Origin: an uncultured virus (IMG/VR IMGVR_UViG_3300042691_048250)
Lineage: Duplodnaviria; Heunggongvirae; Uroviricota; Caudoviricetes
Virus record (IMG/VR): IMGVR_UViG_3300042691_048250
Strand: one strand, 5' to 3'
Length of the DNA stretch: 64,000 bases
Part shown: positions 1-9,075 of the stretch, one piece after another
How the letters are laid out: every line of letters begins with the position of its first letter
Position numbering within the stretch: position 1 is the stretch's first letter
The notes under the pieces: generated by a model
What the model saw: only the letters and a program-made list of their open reading frames with translations
The model's database searches: none
Told to the model about the DNA's origin: nothing
Program-made: the position numbers and the translations under genes

Positions 1-430
1 CGCACAGCGCACACGTCGCGGTGCTGGTAACTGGGCAGTTGTTTCGCCTGCTTCGTTGACTGTGCTCCAGTCTGCAACAACATCTGCTTTCGCACGTACC
101 ACAGAAGGTACATTCGAAGCACCTACCAACACCAAGTTTGTGGGCACATTGAACGGCGCTATGCGTGTGTTCGTTGACTCATATGCTTCAGACAGCACTG
201 CTGTTCTGGTTGGCTACAAAGGATCATCTGAGGCAGACGCAGCCGCGTTCTACTGCCCATATATTCCTTTGATGTCTTCTGGTGTTGTACTGGATCCGAC
301 ATCGTTCGAGCCAGTCGTGTCCTTCATGACACGTTATGGCTACATCGAACTCACGAACACAGCATCTTCATTCGGCAACGCCGGTGACTATGTTGGTGAG
401 ATCGCTGTTCAGAACTTGTCGTTCTCCTAA
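1..430 (+). CDS. gp23: Major capsid protein, C-terminal part (5' truncated)
   Basis: Open frame from the window edge: AQRTRRGAGNWAVVS...GYKGSSEADAAAFYCPYIPL...DPTSFEPVVSFMTRYG, the conserved T4 gp23 C-terminal motifs. Confidence 0.96.
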   Translation, partial: AQRTRRGAGNWAVVSPASLTVLQSATTSAFARTTEGTFEAPTNTKFVGTLNGAMRVFVDSYASDSTAVLVGYKGSSEADAAAFYCPYIPLMSSGVVLDPTSFEPVVSFMTRYGYIELTNTASSFGNAGDYVGEIAVQNLSFS

Positions 431-454
431 TCAACAACCCAGGGATGGGAAGTT

Positions 455-483
455 CAAAAACCCGCTTCGGCGGGTTTTTGTTT
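455..483 (+). terminator. Rho-independent terminator with cUUCGg tetraloop
   Basis: caaaaacccgc-ttcg-gcgggtttttg then T-rich, right after the capsid gene. Confidence 0.9.
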
Positions 484-487
484 GGCT

Positions 488-493
488 TAAATA
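488..493 (+). promoter_or_regulatory. T4-type late promoter core TAAATA
   Basis: TAAATA 4 nt before ATG 498; the same hexamer recurs in nearly every structural intergenic gap. Confidence 0.7.
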
Positions 494-497
494 TGTG

Positions 498-1157
498 ATG
501 CCCACGTTTATCACACCCTATTCTGGCAACGCAGAACTCACTGCAAGCAACGGCCTTGACATCATACATCTGGCACGCTGGCAGTTCAACAAATTTTCCT
601 ATGCGGACGGTGCTACCTTTGGTGTGACCATCGCTTTCCCTAACAGGGATCTCAACGGCCCTTACTATGATGCCAATGCCAATCCACCGCCTCCGGGTCC
701 GTTGGAAAGTGGGGAGTTACATGTGCGTGGACAGAACTGGACCATAGCTGACATCGGCAACAGTCTTACTGCTTACACTGATCCTGGCACTGCAATCACT
801 TACCCAGCAACCAAGTGCCGCATCTTGGTCACCGGATACTGGCGCATAGTTCGTGCGCAAATCAATGCCAGTTACAACAGTTTTGGGGTAAGATACGCAG
901 GATGGACCTACACTGATCAAGGCGAGCGAGAAATGGAAGCCGGTGCCTTACAAACCTATATCAATTCACCGGTGACTTATGTGATCCAAGGCAGCGGAGT
1001 CGATGGTGGTGCGCAAGATACTTTTAGTCCGCATGTGTGGTTCGCTAAAATCACTGAATCCGCATCGTCGGTCAATTCTAATCGGGCCTTTGCCAGCAAT
1101 ACCTTTGCCCGCCCAGTTTGGTACTACGCCTACAGCAAGAGCTGGCAGACCACTTAG
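498..1157 (+). CDS. Hypothetical protein, probably virion-associated
   Basis: ATG 498 (MPTFITPY...) follows the terminator and TAAATA; the upstream extension of the ORF overlaps gp23 and is not credible. Confidence 0.65.
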   Translation: MPTFITPYSGNAELTASNGLDIIHLARWQFNKFSYADGATFGVTIAFPNRDLNGPYYDANANPPPPGPLESGELHVRGQNWTIADIGNSLTAYTDPGTAITYPATKCRILVTGYWRIVRAQINASYNSFGVRYAGWTYTDQGEREMEAGALQTYINSPVTYVIQGSGVDGGAQDTFSPHVWFAKITESASSVNSNRAFASNTFARPVWYYAYSKSWQTT

Positions 1158-2302
1158 AGTTTGTAGATATCTACGAAACGTGCAACCTTGTCTATCACAG
1201 GCTGCCACTGATCAATTTCGGGCTGACGGAACAATCGCGCCGATGGATACCAGGGACTGTCATCACGATTTAATAACCATCGCCAATCCACGGCGTATTT
1301 GTTCAGCATGATCCAAGTAGGTTTGCCCATGGCCGCTGCAAGGTGACTGATGGCGCTGTCTACGCTGATGACCAAATCAACATTGTCGATCAAGCCTGCG
1401 GTATCAGACATGTCGGCAATGGTTCCGGGGTAAGATTCCAGATGTGTTTTGGCCAAGATAGATTGTTCTTGATCGGTGGTGTCAATCTGTAGATTGATCC
1501 ATCTATGCTGAGGAAAACGAGAGATCAATTGTGCTATCGTGTCCACGGGCACGCTCTTGTGTTGATTGATCCAGGTATCTCTCCGACCCGCCCAAGATAT
1601 ACCAATGCGGAGACGGGTTTTGTCTCCCAGTCTTTCTCGCCAGATCTGTCGTGATTCTGGTGGTGCAGATATGTACTGTAACGGTGCCTGGAAGTTGTCC
1701 AGGGTTTGACGGAAGATGCCAGGCAAGCTCATCAGTGGAGCCCAGTAATCAAAGTTAGGAAATTCCTCGTCCTGAGACAAGGTATATCTCAAGGCCTGAG
1801 GATTGCGCAGTAGTTTTTGTAGCCCAGATGGGACTACCAAGGCAACGTCTGTGCCCATCATGCTTATAGCCAAGGCATATCTGGCAAACTGTATGGTATC
1901 GCCCAATCCTTGCTCTCCTACCAGCAATATAGTTTTGCCTTTGATGTCCTCGCCGTTCCATCGCGGTTGTTTAAATTTGGGCAATAATCCAGACAGATGT
2001 TCAAAGTTCCAGCGGCTTTCATAGGCCGGCCAGCCTTGGGCATAATCACCGGCCAGGAGATGCGCCACTGCAAGATTAAATGGAGCCACGGTGTTTGCGG
2101 GATCAATGGCCATGGCATGCTGTATGAATGGGATGGATCTACGTGGCTGACCTAATTCTCTCAACACGTTGCCATAGTTGTTCCAGGCAGAAAAACTGTC
2201 AGGATCGGCCAGTAGCGCCTGACCGTAACAGTGCAGGGCCTTCCAAGGACGATGTTGTTCGCGGTGTTGATTGCCTTGCTCGATGAGGTCGTTGATATCC
2301 AT
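1154..2302 (-). CDS. TPR-repeat glycosyltransferase (GT-B, GT9-like C-terminal domain)
   Basis: TPR motifs (AWNNYGNVLRELG), then EQGLGDTIQF and DLVISVDSAISHLAAAMGKP...WRW...SPWYPS; ATG 2302 lies 5 nt from a minus-strand TAAATA (2308-2313). Confidence 0.85.
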   Translation of the reverse strand: MDINDLIEQGNQHREQHRPWKALHCYGQALLADPDSFSAWNNYGNVLRELGQPRRSIPFIQHAMAIDPANTVAPFNLAVAHLLAGDYAQGWPAYESRWNFEHLSGLLPKFKQPRWNGEDIKGKTILLVGEQGLGDTIQFARYALAISMMGTDVALVVPSGLQKLLRNPQALRYTLSQDEEFPNFDYWAPLMSLPGIFRQTLDNFQAPLQYISAPPESRQIWRERLGDKTRLRIGISWAGRRDTWINQHKSVPVDTIAQLISRFPQHRWINLQIDTTDQEQSILAKTHLESYPGTIADMSDTAGLIDNVDLVISVDSAISHLAAAMGKPTWIMLNKYAVDWRWLLNRDDSPWYPSARLFRQPEIDQWQPVIDKVARFVDIYKL

Positions 2303-2343
2303 GGCGATATTTACAGCACACAAGGGATATCAGGAATATTTGC

Positions 2344-2436
2344 TAAATACTTGTGACACACTCTGTGTCTTATGCGGTCTTACCCGCCGCGTAGTGGCTA
2401 AAACCCACATCGGACTTCTTTATAGGAGAAAACAAA
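2344..2436 (+). promoter_or_regulatory. Late promoter plus structured 5' leader
   Basis: TAAATA 2344-2349, three tandem hairpins, and a stem covering the AGGAG SD (2424-2428). Confidence 0.55.
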
Positions 2437-3225
2437 ATGGGACGTCCTCTCAAAATCCAAAAATATTCTACAGGTTCAGGCAACAGCGGTGCAGCCGTTG
2501 GTGTAGACCAGGCATTTAATCCCTGGGCAGCTTTGACCAACGCACAGTATCCTGCTACGTTCAACACTGATCAATACTATGGCGTAGTTGGTGGTGCCGA
2601 TAACACTGGTACATCAGCAACTTATCCCATCGTGAAGTGTCGTGCCAATATCACCAACAGTTTTACTGGTGAAGATGATTCAGTGATCCTGCGCCAAAAA
2701 GGTGCGCACAAGTTTCTCGTGGCCCATGTCACAGCTATTGATCCGGCCAACGCTGTTGCTGGTGTGGCTTTACGCATTGTCACGGTAGGCGACACAGACT
2801 GGAATGCCATGGGACTCAACGGCACAGCCGCAGTTGGTACGATCTTCACACCCACTGCTGCCGCAGGTGCTGGCACTTCGGGCACGGCCAATGAAGTTGG
2901 TGTTTGTGTGTTAGCCGATGAAGCCGACACTGCCATCACTGCTGGCAACATGAACATCACTTACACACTCAATGACTCTACGGCTACACGTATTTCCAAG
3001 TTAACCAACAAGTTCTTGTTGAATTTTGCTGGTGGCAATGCAGGTGGCGATGCTGACACAGGCAACGCTTGGGACAATGCGCAAGTTATCAACGACGAGC
3101 GCAAAGGTCCAAACTTCTTTACCGACGAAGGCAGCGAAGTCAAATCTGGCTCTGCAAACACCAATTCCGACACTACCTATCCTGGTACCAATCTGGATTT
3201 GGCCATCGTGGAAAACTATACCTAA
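2437..3225 (+). CDS. Virion structural protein (putative)
   Basis: 262 aa, Gly/Ala/Thr-rich, strong SD, late promoter, own terminator. Confidence 0.7.
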   Translation: MGRPLKIQKYSTGSGNSGAAVGVDQAFNPWAALTNAQYPATFNTDQYYGVVGGADNTGTSATYPIVKCRANITNSFTGEDDSVILRQKGAHKFLVAHVTAIDPANAVAGVALRIVTVGDTDWNAMGLNGTAAVGTIFTPTAAAGAGTSGTANEVGVCVLADEADTAITAGNMNITYTLNDSTATRISKLTNKFLLNFAGGNAGGDADTGNAWDNAQVINDERKGPNFFTDEGSEVKSGSANTNSDTTYPGTNLDLAIVENYT

Positions 3226-3249
3226 CAGGCAACTATTGCTGGCAACCCC

Positions 3250-3283
3250 AATCCTCCCTGCTACATACAGGGAGGATTTTTTT
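3250..3283 (+). terminator. Rho-independent terminator whose 3' arm contains the next gene's SD
   Basis: aatcctccctg-ctacata-cagggaggatt then ttttt, followed directly by ATG 3284. Confidence 0.8.
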
Positions 3284-3868
3284 ATGGCCGCATTTGTTTT
3301 AGGCAACGGCAACAGCCGCCAAGATATTGACATTGACCATCTGCTGACACTGGGTCCGGTATATGCTTGCAACGCAGTGTATCGCACGCATGCTGTGACT
3401 GCGTTGATCGCCACGGATCGTCCCATAGCCACGGAAATACAGAATTCGGGTTATGCTCGCAACAATAGATTCTACACCCGCAGACCCATGCCGGGTCTTG
3501 GTGGTCAAACTGTGCCCAAGGAATATTTTGGCTACAGCTCCGGTCCCATAGCCACGGCCGTGGCGGCCATGGATCAGCATCATCGCATATATCTCTTGGG
3601 TTTTGATCTTGGACCCAACTCAGATGGGCGTTTCAACAATCTTTTTGCCGACACAGAATTCTATAAAACATCCAATAGCACACCTACTTTTACTGGAAAT
3701 TGGGTGAAACAAATCAGCAAAATCTGTGCAGATTTCCCCTCGGTGGAATTCATCCGGGTTTTTGGGTCAACTACCGCGATAGTGCCGCAGTTTGATAACA
3801 TCAAGAATCTTGCTCGAATGGAGATTTCTGAGTTCATGGCCAGAATAAATAATCCAAAGGATCTATAA
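3284..3868 (+). CDS. Maf/DUF115/CstII(GT42)-fold glycosyltransferase-like protein
   Basis: AFVLGNGNSR...VYACN...SSGPIATAVA...RIYLLGFD matches the GNGPS...CN...SG...IYLxGxD pattern of sialyltransferase/Maf proteins. Confidence 0.65.
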   Translation: MAAFVLGNGNSRQDIDIDHLLTLGPVYACNAVYRTHAVTALIATDRPIATEIQNSGYARNNRFYTRRPMPGLGGQTVPKEYFGYSSGPIATAVAAMDQHHRIYLLGFDLGPNSDGRFNNLFADTEFYKTSNSTPTFTGNWVKQISKICADFPSVEFIRVFGSTTAIVPQFDNIKNLARMEISEFMARINNPKDL

Positions 3869-4504
3869 ATGGCCACTTACAAGCGCATAGACGGCGATTA
3901 CAACATCGTCTCAGTCAACGCTGTTGACAACGTAGTGATTGATACCCATACCGTGCAGGTGCTGGGCAACCTGGAAGTCAGCGGCAATCTTACCTATATC
4001 AACGTGACTGAACTCAATGTCAAAGATCCGTTTATCGTCCTGAACTCCAGCAATACCGGCAGTTACCCATCAAATTCGGGCGTGCTCACGCACACTGCTG
4101 TGAGCTCATTTGCGGGCATACGTTACGACGCCACGGCCGGACAATGGGAGATCAGCAGTAGCACAGACTCCACTGGGCTGACTGGAACTTGGACACCAAT
4201 AGCCACAGGCAACGTGGCCAATGTCGCAGTGGCTGGGGCCAACACACAGGTGCAATTCAATGATGGTGGATCATTTGGCGCCAACGCTAATTTGACATTT
4301 GACAAGGCTACCAGCCGTTTGACCGTGCAAGGACAGATGGTCTTGGGCAACATTGGAACCACACCGTCGTCGCCCAGCAACGCTGCCGCGATCTACAACA
4401 ACATTGAAGGATCGGGCGGTACTGGAGTCTACGTCAAGAGTTCAACCGTGGATGATGAGTTGGTCAGCAAAAGCGCGGCCATCGTCTTCGCTATAATTTT
4501 CTAA
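3869..4504 (+). CDS. Fibre/structural protein
   Basis: VxDP module and AGANTQVQFNDGGSFGANANLTFD module shared with the large fibres; TAAATA at 3846. Confidence 0.75.
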   Translation: MATYKRIDGDYNIVSVNAVDNVVIDTHTVQVLGNLEVSGNLTYINVTELNVKDPFIVLNSSNTGSYPSNSGVLTHTAVSSFAGIRYDATAGQWEISSSTDSTGLTGTWTPIATGNVANVAVAGANTQVQFNDGGSFGANANLTFDKATSRLTVQGQMVLGNIGTTPSSPSNAAAIYNNIEGSGGTGVYVKSSTVDDELVSKSAAIVFAIIF

Positions 4505-4513
4505 GGATCACAC

Positions 4514-4828
4514 ATGCCAATCACAACCGCAACTATAGGAACATCGGTCAGCAACGCTTATGTCAGCACGGGCAATACTGCTGTTACCTATCTCACACTG
4601 ACCAATATCACAGCAGGCAACGTCATAGCCAACGTGTATGTGGTTCCCTCGGGCAACGCCGCTGGCAATTCTAATGTCACTCTTTTACAGATTGAAATAG
4701 CAACACTGGACACATATCAACTGTACCAGGGTGGAGAAAAACTCCTGCTCAACAACGGCGATTCCATCCAAGCCAATTCCAATGGTTCCAGTAGCATAAC
4801 CACTGTCTGCAGTTACACCACGATCTAA
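4514..4828 (+). CDS. Small structural protein
   Basis: 104 aa, beta-rich, AAGGA SD, within the fibre operon. Confidence 0.7.
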   Translation: MPITTATIGTSVSNAYVSTGNTAVTYLTLTNITAGNVIANVYVVPSGNAAGNSNVTLLQIEIATLDTYQLYQGGEKLLLNNGDSIQANSNGSSSITTVCSYTTI

Positions 4829-5238
4829 TGGGATACTATGTCAAAAATCGCCGCTTGCAATCAGGTTCATCGGGCGTGGTCTTGCCTTCGGGCGGATCGG
4901 GTCTAAGACCAGATGCACCAAGATTTGGGCTCATCCGATACAACACAGACATAGGCGCAGTAGAGTTTTTCAATGGCACCCAATTTATACCCTTGGCACC
5001 GGCTGGTGCTATCAACTACACCGTAGATCAGTTCGTGGGTGATGGCAGTACCACCACGTTTGGACCTTTGTCCAATGCTGTCACCGGCGGCGATGATCAA
5101 GTCATGGTTTTTGTGGGTTCTATCTATCAGACTCCTACCACTGCTTACAGCATCACCGGTGGCTTGCTGGACGATATAACCTTTACTTCTGCACCTCCTT
5201 CTGGCGAGCCCATCTCGGTCATCCAGGCGTCGGTTTAA
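4828..5238 (+). CDS. Small structural protein (fibre-associated modules)
   Basis: LPSG...RP...GLIRYNT and GDGSTTTF...Q.P..Y...ITFTSAP modules also present in the large fibres. Confidence 0.75.
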   Translation: MGYYVKNRRLQSGSSGVVLPSGGSGLRPDAPRFGLIRYNTDIGAVEFFNGTQFIPLAPAGAINYTVDQFVGDGSTTTFGPLSNAVTGGDDQVMVFVGSIYQTPTTAYSITGGLLDDITFTSAPPSGEPISVIQASV

Positions 5239-5242
5239 GCGG

Positions 5243-5269
5243 TAAATATCTGGTAAAGGACACCAGATG
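5243..5269 (+). promoter_or_regulatory. Late promoter overlapping an RBS/start-codon hairpin
   Basis: TAAATA 5243-5248; atctggt-aaaggac-accagat(g). Confidence 0.65.
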
Positions 5270-8200
5270 GCAATCAACAAAATATCAGGCAACATCCTTG
5301 CGGATAACCTGGTGCGCGGCAGCAATCTCGCTATACAAAGCAATCTCGTCTATTTTGACGTGACAAACAACCGTGTGGGCGTAGGAACTAACACGCCCGC
5401 TGATACCCTATCTGTGATTGGTGTGGCCAATGCCAGCAATGTGCGCATCACATCTGCCACGGCCAACGGCATATTTTATGCTGATACAAACAAATTAGCC
5501 CTGACCACTGCCAATCTTACATGGAACGGCACGGTACTCAGCGTGATTGGCAATGTTGCAGCTGGCAACGTCATAGCCAGTAATGCCGTGATTGGCAACG
5601 TAGATGTTGGCAACATCACGGTCAGTGGCAACATATCCGTAGAAAGCCTTAGTGCTAATCTATTTGTCACTGCCAATGGCAACGTGACCGGCAGCAATCT
5701 AATTTCCAATGCTGGCATCTTTGGTACGTTTGCTAACATCACAGGCAACATCAATGCTGGTAATATCATAGTAGGTAACATCGTGCTTGATGGTGCCACG
5801 GGCAATATCAACATGAACAATGCCTGGATCAATAATCTTGCTGATCCTGTGCAGGCCCAAGATGCGGCTACAAAAAATTATGTAGACAACGAAGTAGCCA
5901 ATGTAAGTTTTACTATCACCGACAGTGCTCTCAATTCACAAATTGTGACCAATGGTGATACTGTGACCTTTGCTGGTACCGCTAACGAAATTGATGTTGT
6001 GGTATCTGCTACAGATACAGTGACAGTGGGATTGCCAAACGATGTCACTGTCACTAACAATCTAACCGTGGGTGGCAACATAGATGTAACCAACAATTAT
6101 GTTTTGAATTTGGCCAACCCTTTGCAGGCATCAGACGCGGCAACCAAACAGTATGTAGATGACGCTGTGTCGTCGGGCATACACATCCACACTCCGGTGT
6201 ATGTAGAAACACCAGTGCCACTGCCCAGTGCTACCTATGCCCAGGGTGGTAATACTTTCATTGTGACCGACACCATCGCTGGCAATACGGTTGTGTTTAG
6301 CACCGCAGCCAATCTCCAAGTCAATGATCAACTGTGGTTTGCTAATTCGTTCAACGGCGTAGTGGCCAACTTGGCCTACTTTGTAGTTTCGACTCCCAAC
6401 ACATCGGCTGCGGTACTGACCACAGTTTACAACGGGGTACCAGTATCTAATATCTCCAACGCTACAGGACTCACCGAATCCGTACGGGTAAATTCAGGCA
6501 TTGGTGCCACGCTCACTGCTACCGCCAACGGTGCACTGACTATTGACAGCGTGGCAGTGTCGTCCACACAGCGTGTGTTGGTATATCAACAAGCCAACGC
6601 TGTACAAAACGGTGTATACGTGGTCACTGATACTGGCAACGTTACATCTCCTTGGATCCTGACACGAAGCAGCGACACAGACACCTACGAACCGGACACA
6701 TCTTCGGGACTGGACCAAGGATCATACTTTTATGTCCAGGCCGGTGCTTCGGGTGCTGGTGAAAGTTATGTGAAAACAGCCCCCGCTGGGCCATTTATCA
6801 TTGGTCAAGCCAACATAGAATTTACACAGTTTTCTGCCAGTCAAGTTTATTCAGCCAATACCTCGGCAGGTATCAGTCTAATAGGCACAGTATTTTCAGC
6901 CAAGGTCGACAATAACACCACGTCCTTTGACATAGGTGGCAACATCATCGTCAAAGCCGGAGCAAATCTTACCACACCCAACATCGGTGTAGCCACGGGC
7001 ACCAGCCTGTCTGTCACAGGCAATGTAACCGGTGGTAATTTGACCACTGCTGGTATAGTCACGGCCACGGGCAATATCATAGGGGGTAACATTGCCACTG
7101 CAGGCCTGATCACGGCCACAGGCAACATCACGGGTGGCAATCTTATTTCTGCTGGCAATGCCGATGTTGGTGGCATCCGCACTGACAACTACTATTATGC
7201 CAACGGTGCTCCGGTGGATTTTCAACAGCCGGCCGGTGCCAACACCCAAATACAGTTCAATTCCAACAACGATTTTGGAGCATCCGCCAATCTCACCTTT
7301 GATCAGGCAACCAATGTGCTCCAGGTGGGCAACGGAGCGGGCGGCTCTATCCAAACCGATAACATCAGTGCCACTGGCAATGTGATAGCGGCCTCGGCCA
7401 ACATATCCGGACAAGTCATCGCCGGTACCCTTCAAACAACAGGCAACGCTGTGATCGGCGGGAATCTATTCGTACAAGGCAATGTTTCTTACATCAACGT
7501 GGAAACTTTTGATGTAGAAGATCCTATTATTACCATAGGCACAGGTGCCAATGATCAACCATTGGTTGCTAACGATGGAAAAGATCGTGGCGTGGCCATG
7601 GATTATTACAACACAGCACTGTCACAGCAACAGACTGCCTTCTTGGGTTGGGATAACAGCACCGGTAATCTGATTTTGGCTGCGAATGTGACCATAGCCA
7701 ATGAAATAGTCACCATAACTGAGTTTGGTACTTTACAGGCTGGCAATGGATACCTGCAATCGTTGGTAGTCATTGGCAATATTGATGCTGGCAATATCAG
7801 CACATTGGGCAATGTACAGGGCGATTATATACTGGCCAACTCGGCCATAATTGGCAATGTGTCTATTACTGATCTTTCTGTGGCTAACATTGATGCTACA
7901 GGCTATGCTAACATCGCTGGCAACATCACCGGGGGCAATCTTAATACCTCTGGCAACGTCAGCACAGTCAGCGTATTAGCGTCAGGACTGATATCTGCCA
8001 CAGGTAACATAACCGGTGGCAATATCCAAACGTCGGGCACACTGACAGCCACCGGCACAGCCACTCTGGGCAACGTTGGCACTGCTGGAGTGATCAATGC
8101 CACTGGTAACATCACGGGTGGAAACATCCTATCTAACAGCTTGATTTCTGGTGCCAATGTCCAAGTCACAACATTGACTGCGAATAGAGTGGTATATGTA

Positions 8201-9004
8201 GGTGCTGATGACTATCTGGTTGACAACGCTAATCTAACTTTTGATGGCAGCAGTTTGAGAGTAGTTGGTAATGTGGTAATTGACAACATTACCATCGATG
8301 GTACAGATATAACCAGCAACGCCAACATCACTGTACAAGCATCGGGCAATGGTAATATCACATTGACTCCTGCCGGCAACGGTTTGGTCATTATTGATAC
8401 CATAACTGGATTGGTGCTACCTCAAGGTAACACAGCACAACGCCCATCACCGGCAGTTGAAGGTACCATGCGCTGGAACTCAGCATCCTTGCAAGTAGAA
8501 GTCTATGACGGCACGGCATGGGAAGATGTTGGCAGTGAAATAGTGGCTATCAGTGATCAGACCCTGAATGGTGATGGGTTAACAGTAAACTTTACCCTTG
8601 ACCAAGCTACATTGGCCAACAACATCATAGTCAGCACCAACGGCGTGGTTCAAAAACCCGGTGTATCATATTCGGTCACAGGCAATCTATTGACCTTTAC
8701 AGAAGCACCGCAGATCTCTGACACCGTAGACGTGAGATTTATAGCCACGCTGACCACGGTCAATGCTATAACCAACAGCGGCGGGAACTCTATATCTATA
8801 GATGACAGTGGTGTAGCCAACGCGGCCTCTGTGCAAAGTTTGCAATTACCTACATATACTGTGGCCCAGACCACGGGCTTGGCCAACGTGGCCAACGGGC
8901 AAGTTATCTACGTATCTAATGGTGACAGCGGCAGTCCATGCTTGGCTGTGTACAGCGTAAACGCCTGGAAACGGGTGAGTTTAGGCGCTAATATTTCTAC
9001 ATAA
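5267..9004 (+). CDS. Long fibre protein (1245 aa)
   Basis: DAATKxYVD x2, RVLV...QNGVYVV...WILTRS domain, many TGNxTGGN repeats. Confidence 0.85.
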   Translation: MAINKISGNILADNLVRGSNLAIQSNLVYFDVTNNRVGVGTNTPADTLSVIGVANASNVRITSATANGIFYADTNKLALTTANLTWNGTVLSVIGNVAAGNVIASNAVIGNVDVGNITVSGNISVESLSANLFVTANGNVTGSNLISNAGIFGTFANITGNINAGNIIVGNIVLDGATGNINMNNAWINNLADPVQAQDAATKNYVDNEVANVSFTITDSALNSQIVTNGDTVTFAGTANEIDVVVSATDTVTVGLPNDVTVTNNLTVGGNIDVTNNYVLNLANPLQASDAATKQYVDDAVSSGIHIHTPVYVETPVPLPSATYAQGGNTFIVTDTIAGNTVVFSTAANLQVNDQLWFANSFNGVVANLAYFVVSTPNTSAAVLTTVYNGVPVSNISNATGLTESVRVNSGIGATLTATANGALTIDSVAVSSTQRVLVYQQANAVQNGVYVVTDTGNVTSPWILTRSSDTDTYEPDTSSGLDQGSYFYVQAGASGAGESYVKTAPAGPFIIGQANIEFTQFSASQVYSANTSAGISLIGTVFSAKVDNNTTSFDIGGNIIVKAGANLTTPNIGVATGTSLSVTGNVTGGNLTTAGIVTATGNIIGGNIATAGLITATGNITGGNLISAGNADVGGIRTDNYYYANGAPVDFQQPAGANTQIQFNSNNDFGASANLTFDQATNVLQVGNGAGGSIQTDNISATGNVIAASANISGQVIAGTLQTTGNAVIGGNLFVQGNVSYINVETFDVEDPIITIGTGANDQPLVANDGKDRGVAMDYYNTALSQQQTAFLGWDNSTGNLILAANVTIANEIVTITEFGTLQAGNGYLQSLVVIGNIDAGNISTLGNVQGDYILANSAIIGNVSITDLSVANIDATGYANIAGNITGGNLNTSGNVSTVSVLASGLISATGNITGGNIQTSGTLTATGTATLGNVGTAGVINATGNITGGNILSNSLISGANVQVTTLTANRVVYVGADDYLVDNANLTFDGSSLRVVGNVVIDNITIDGTDITSNANITVQASGNGNITLTPAGNGLVIIDTITGLVLPQGNTAQRPSPAVEGTMRWNSASLQVEVYDGTAWEDVGSEIVAISDQTLNGDGLTVNFTLDQATLANNIIVSTNGVVQKPGVSYSVTGNLLTFTEAPQISDTVDVRFIATLTTVNAITNSGGNSISIDDSGVANAASVQSLQLPTYTVAQTTGLANVANGQVIYVSNGDSGSPCLAVYSVNAWKRVSLGANIST

Positions 9005-9075
9005 AAACCCGATAGTGGTTTATTTTCGTGTATACTGGTAAATATAGTCAATAGCCGTGATGGCCGGAGACCGAC

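Noticed and set aside
336..497. ORF-track N-terminal extensions (also at 3026, 19725, 29999, 33253, 39343, 61438)
   Set aside because: They cross terminators, promoters or neighbouring genes; downstream ATGs next to a promoter or SD are more credible
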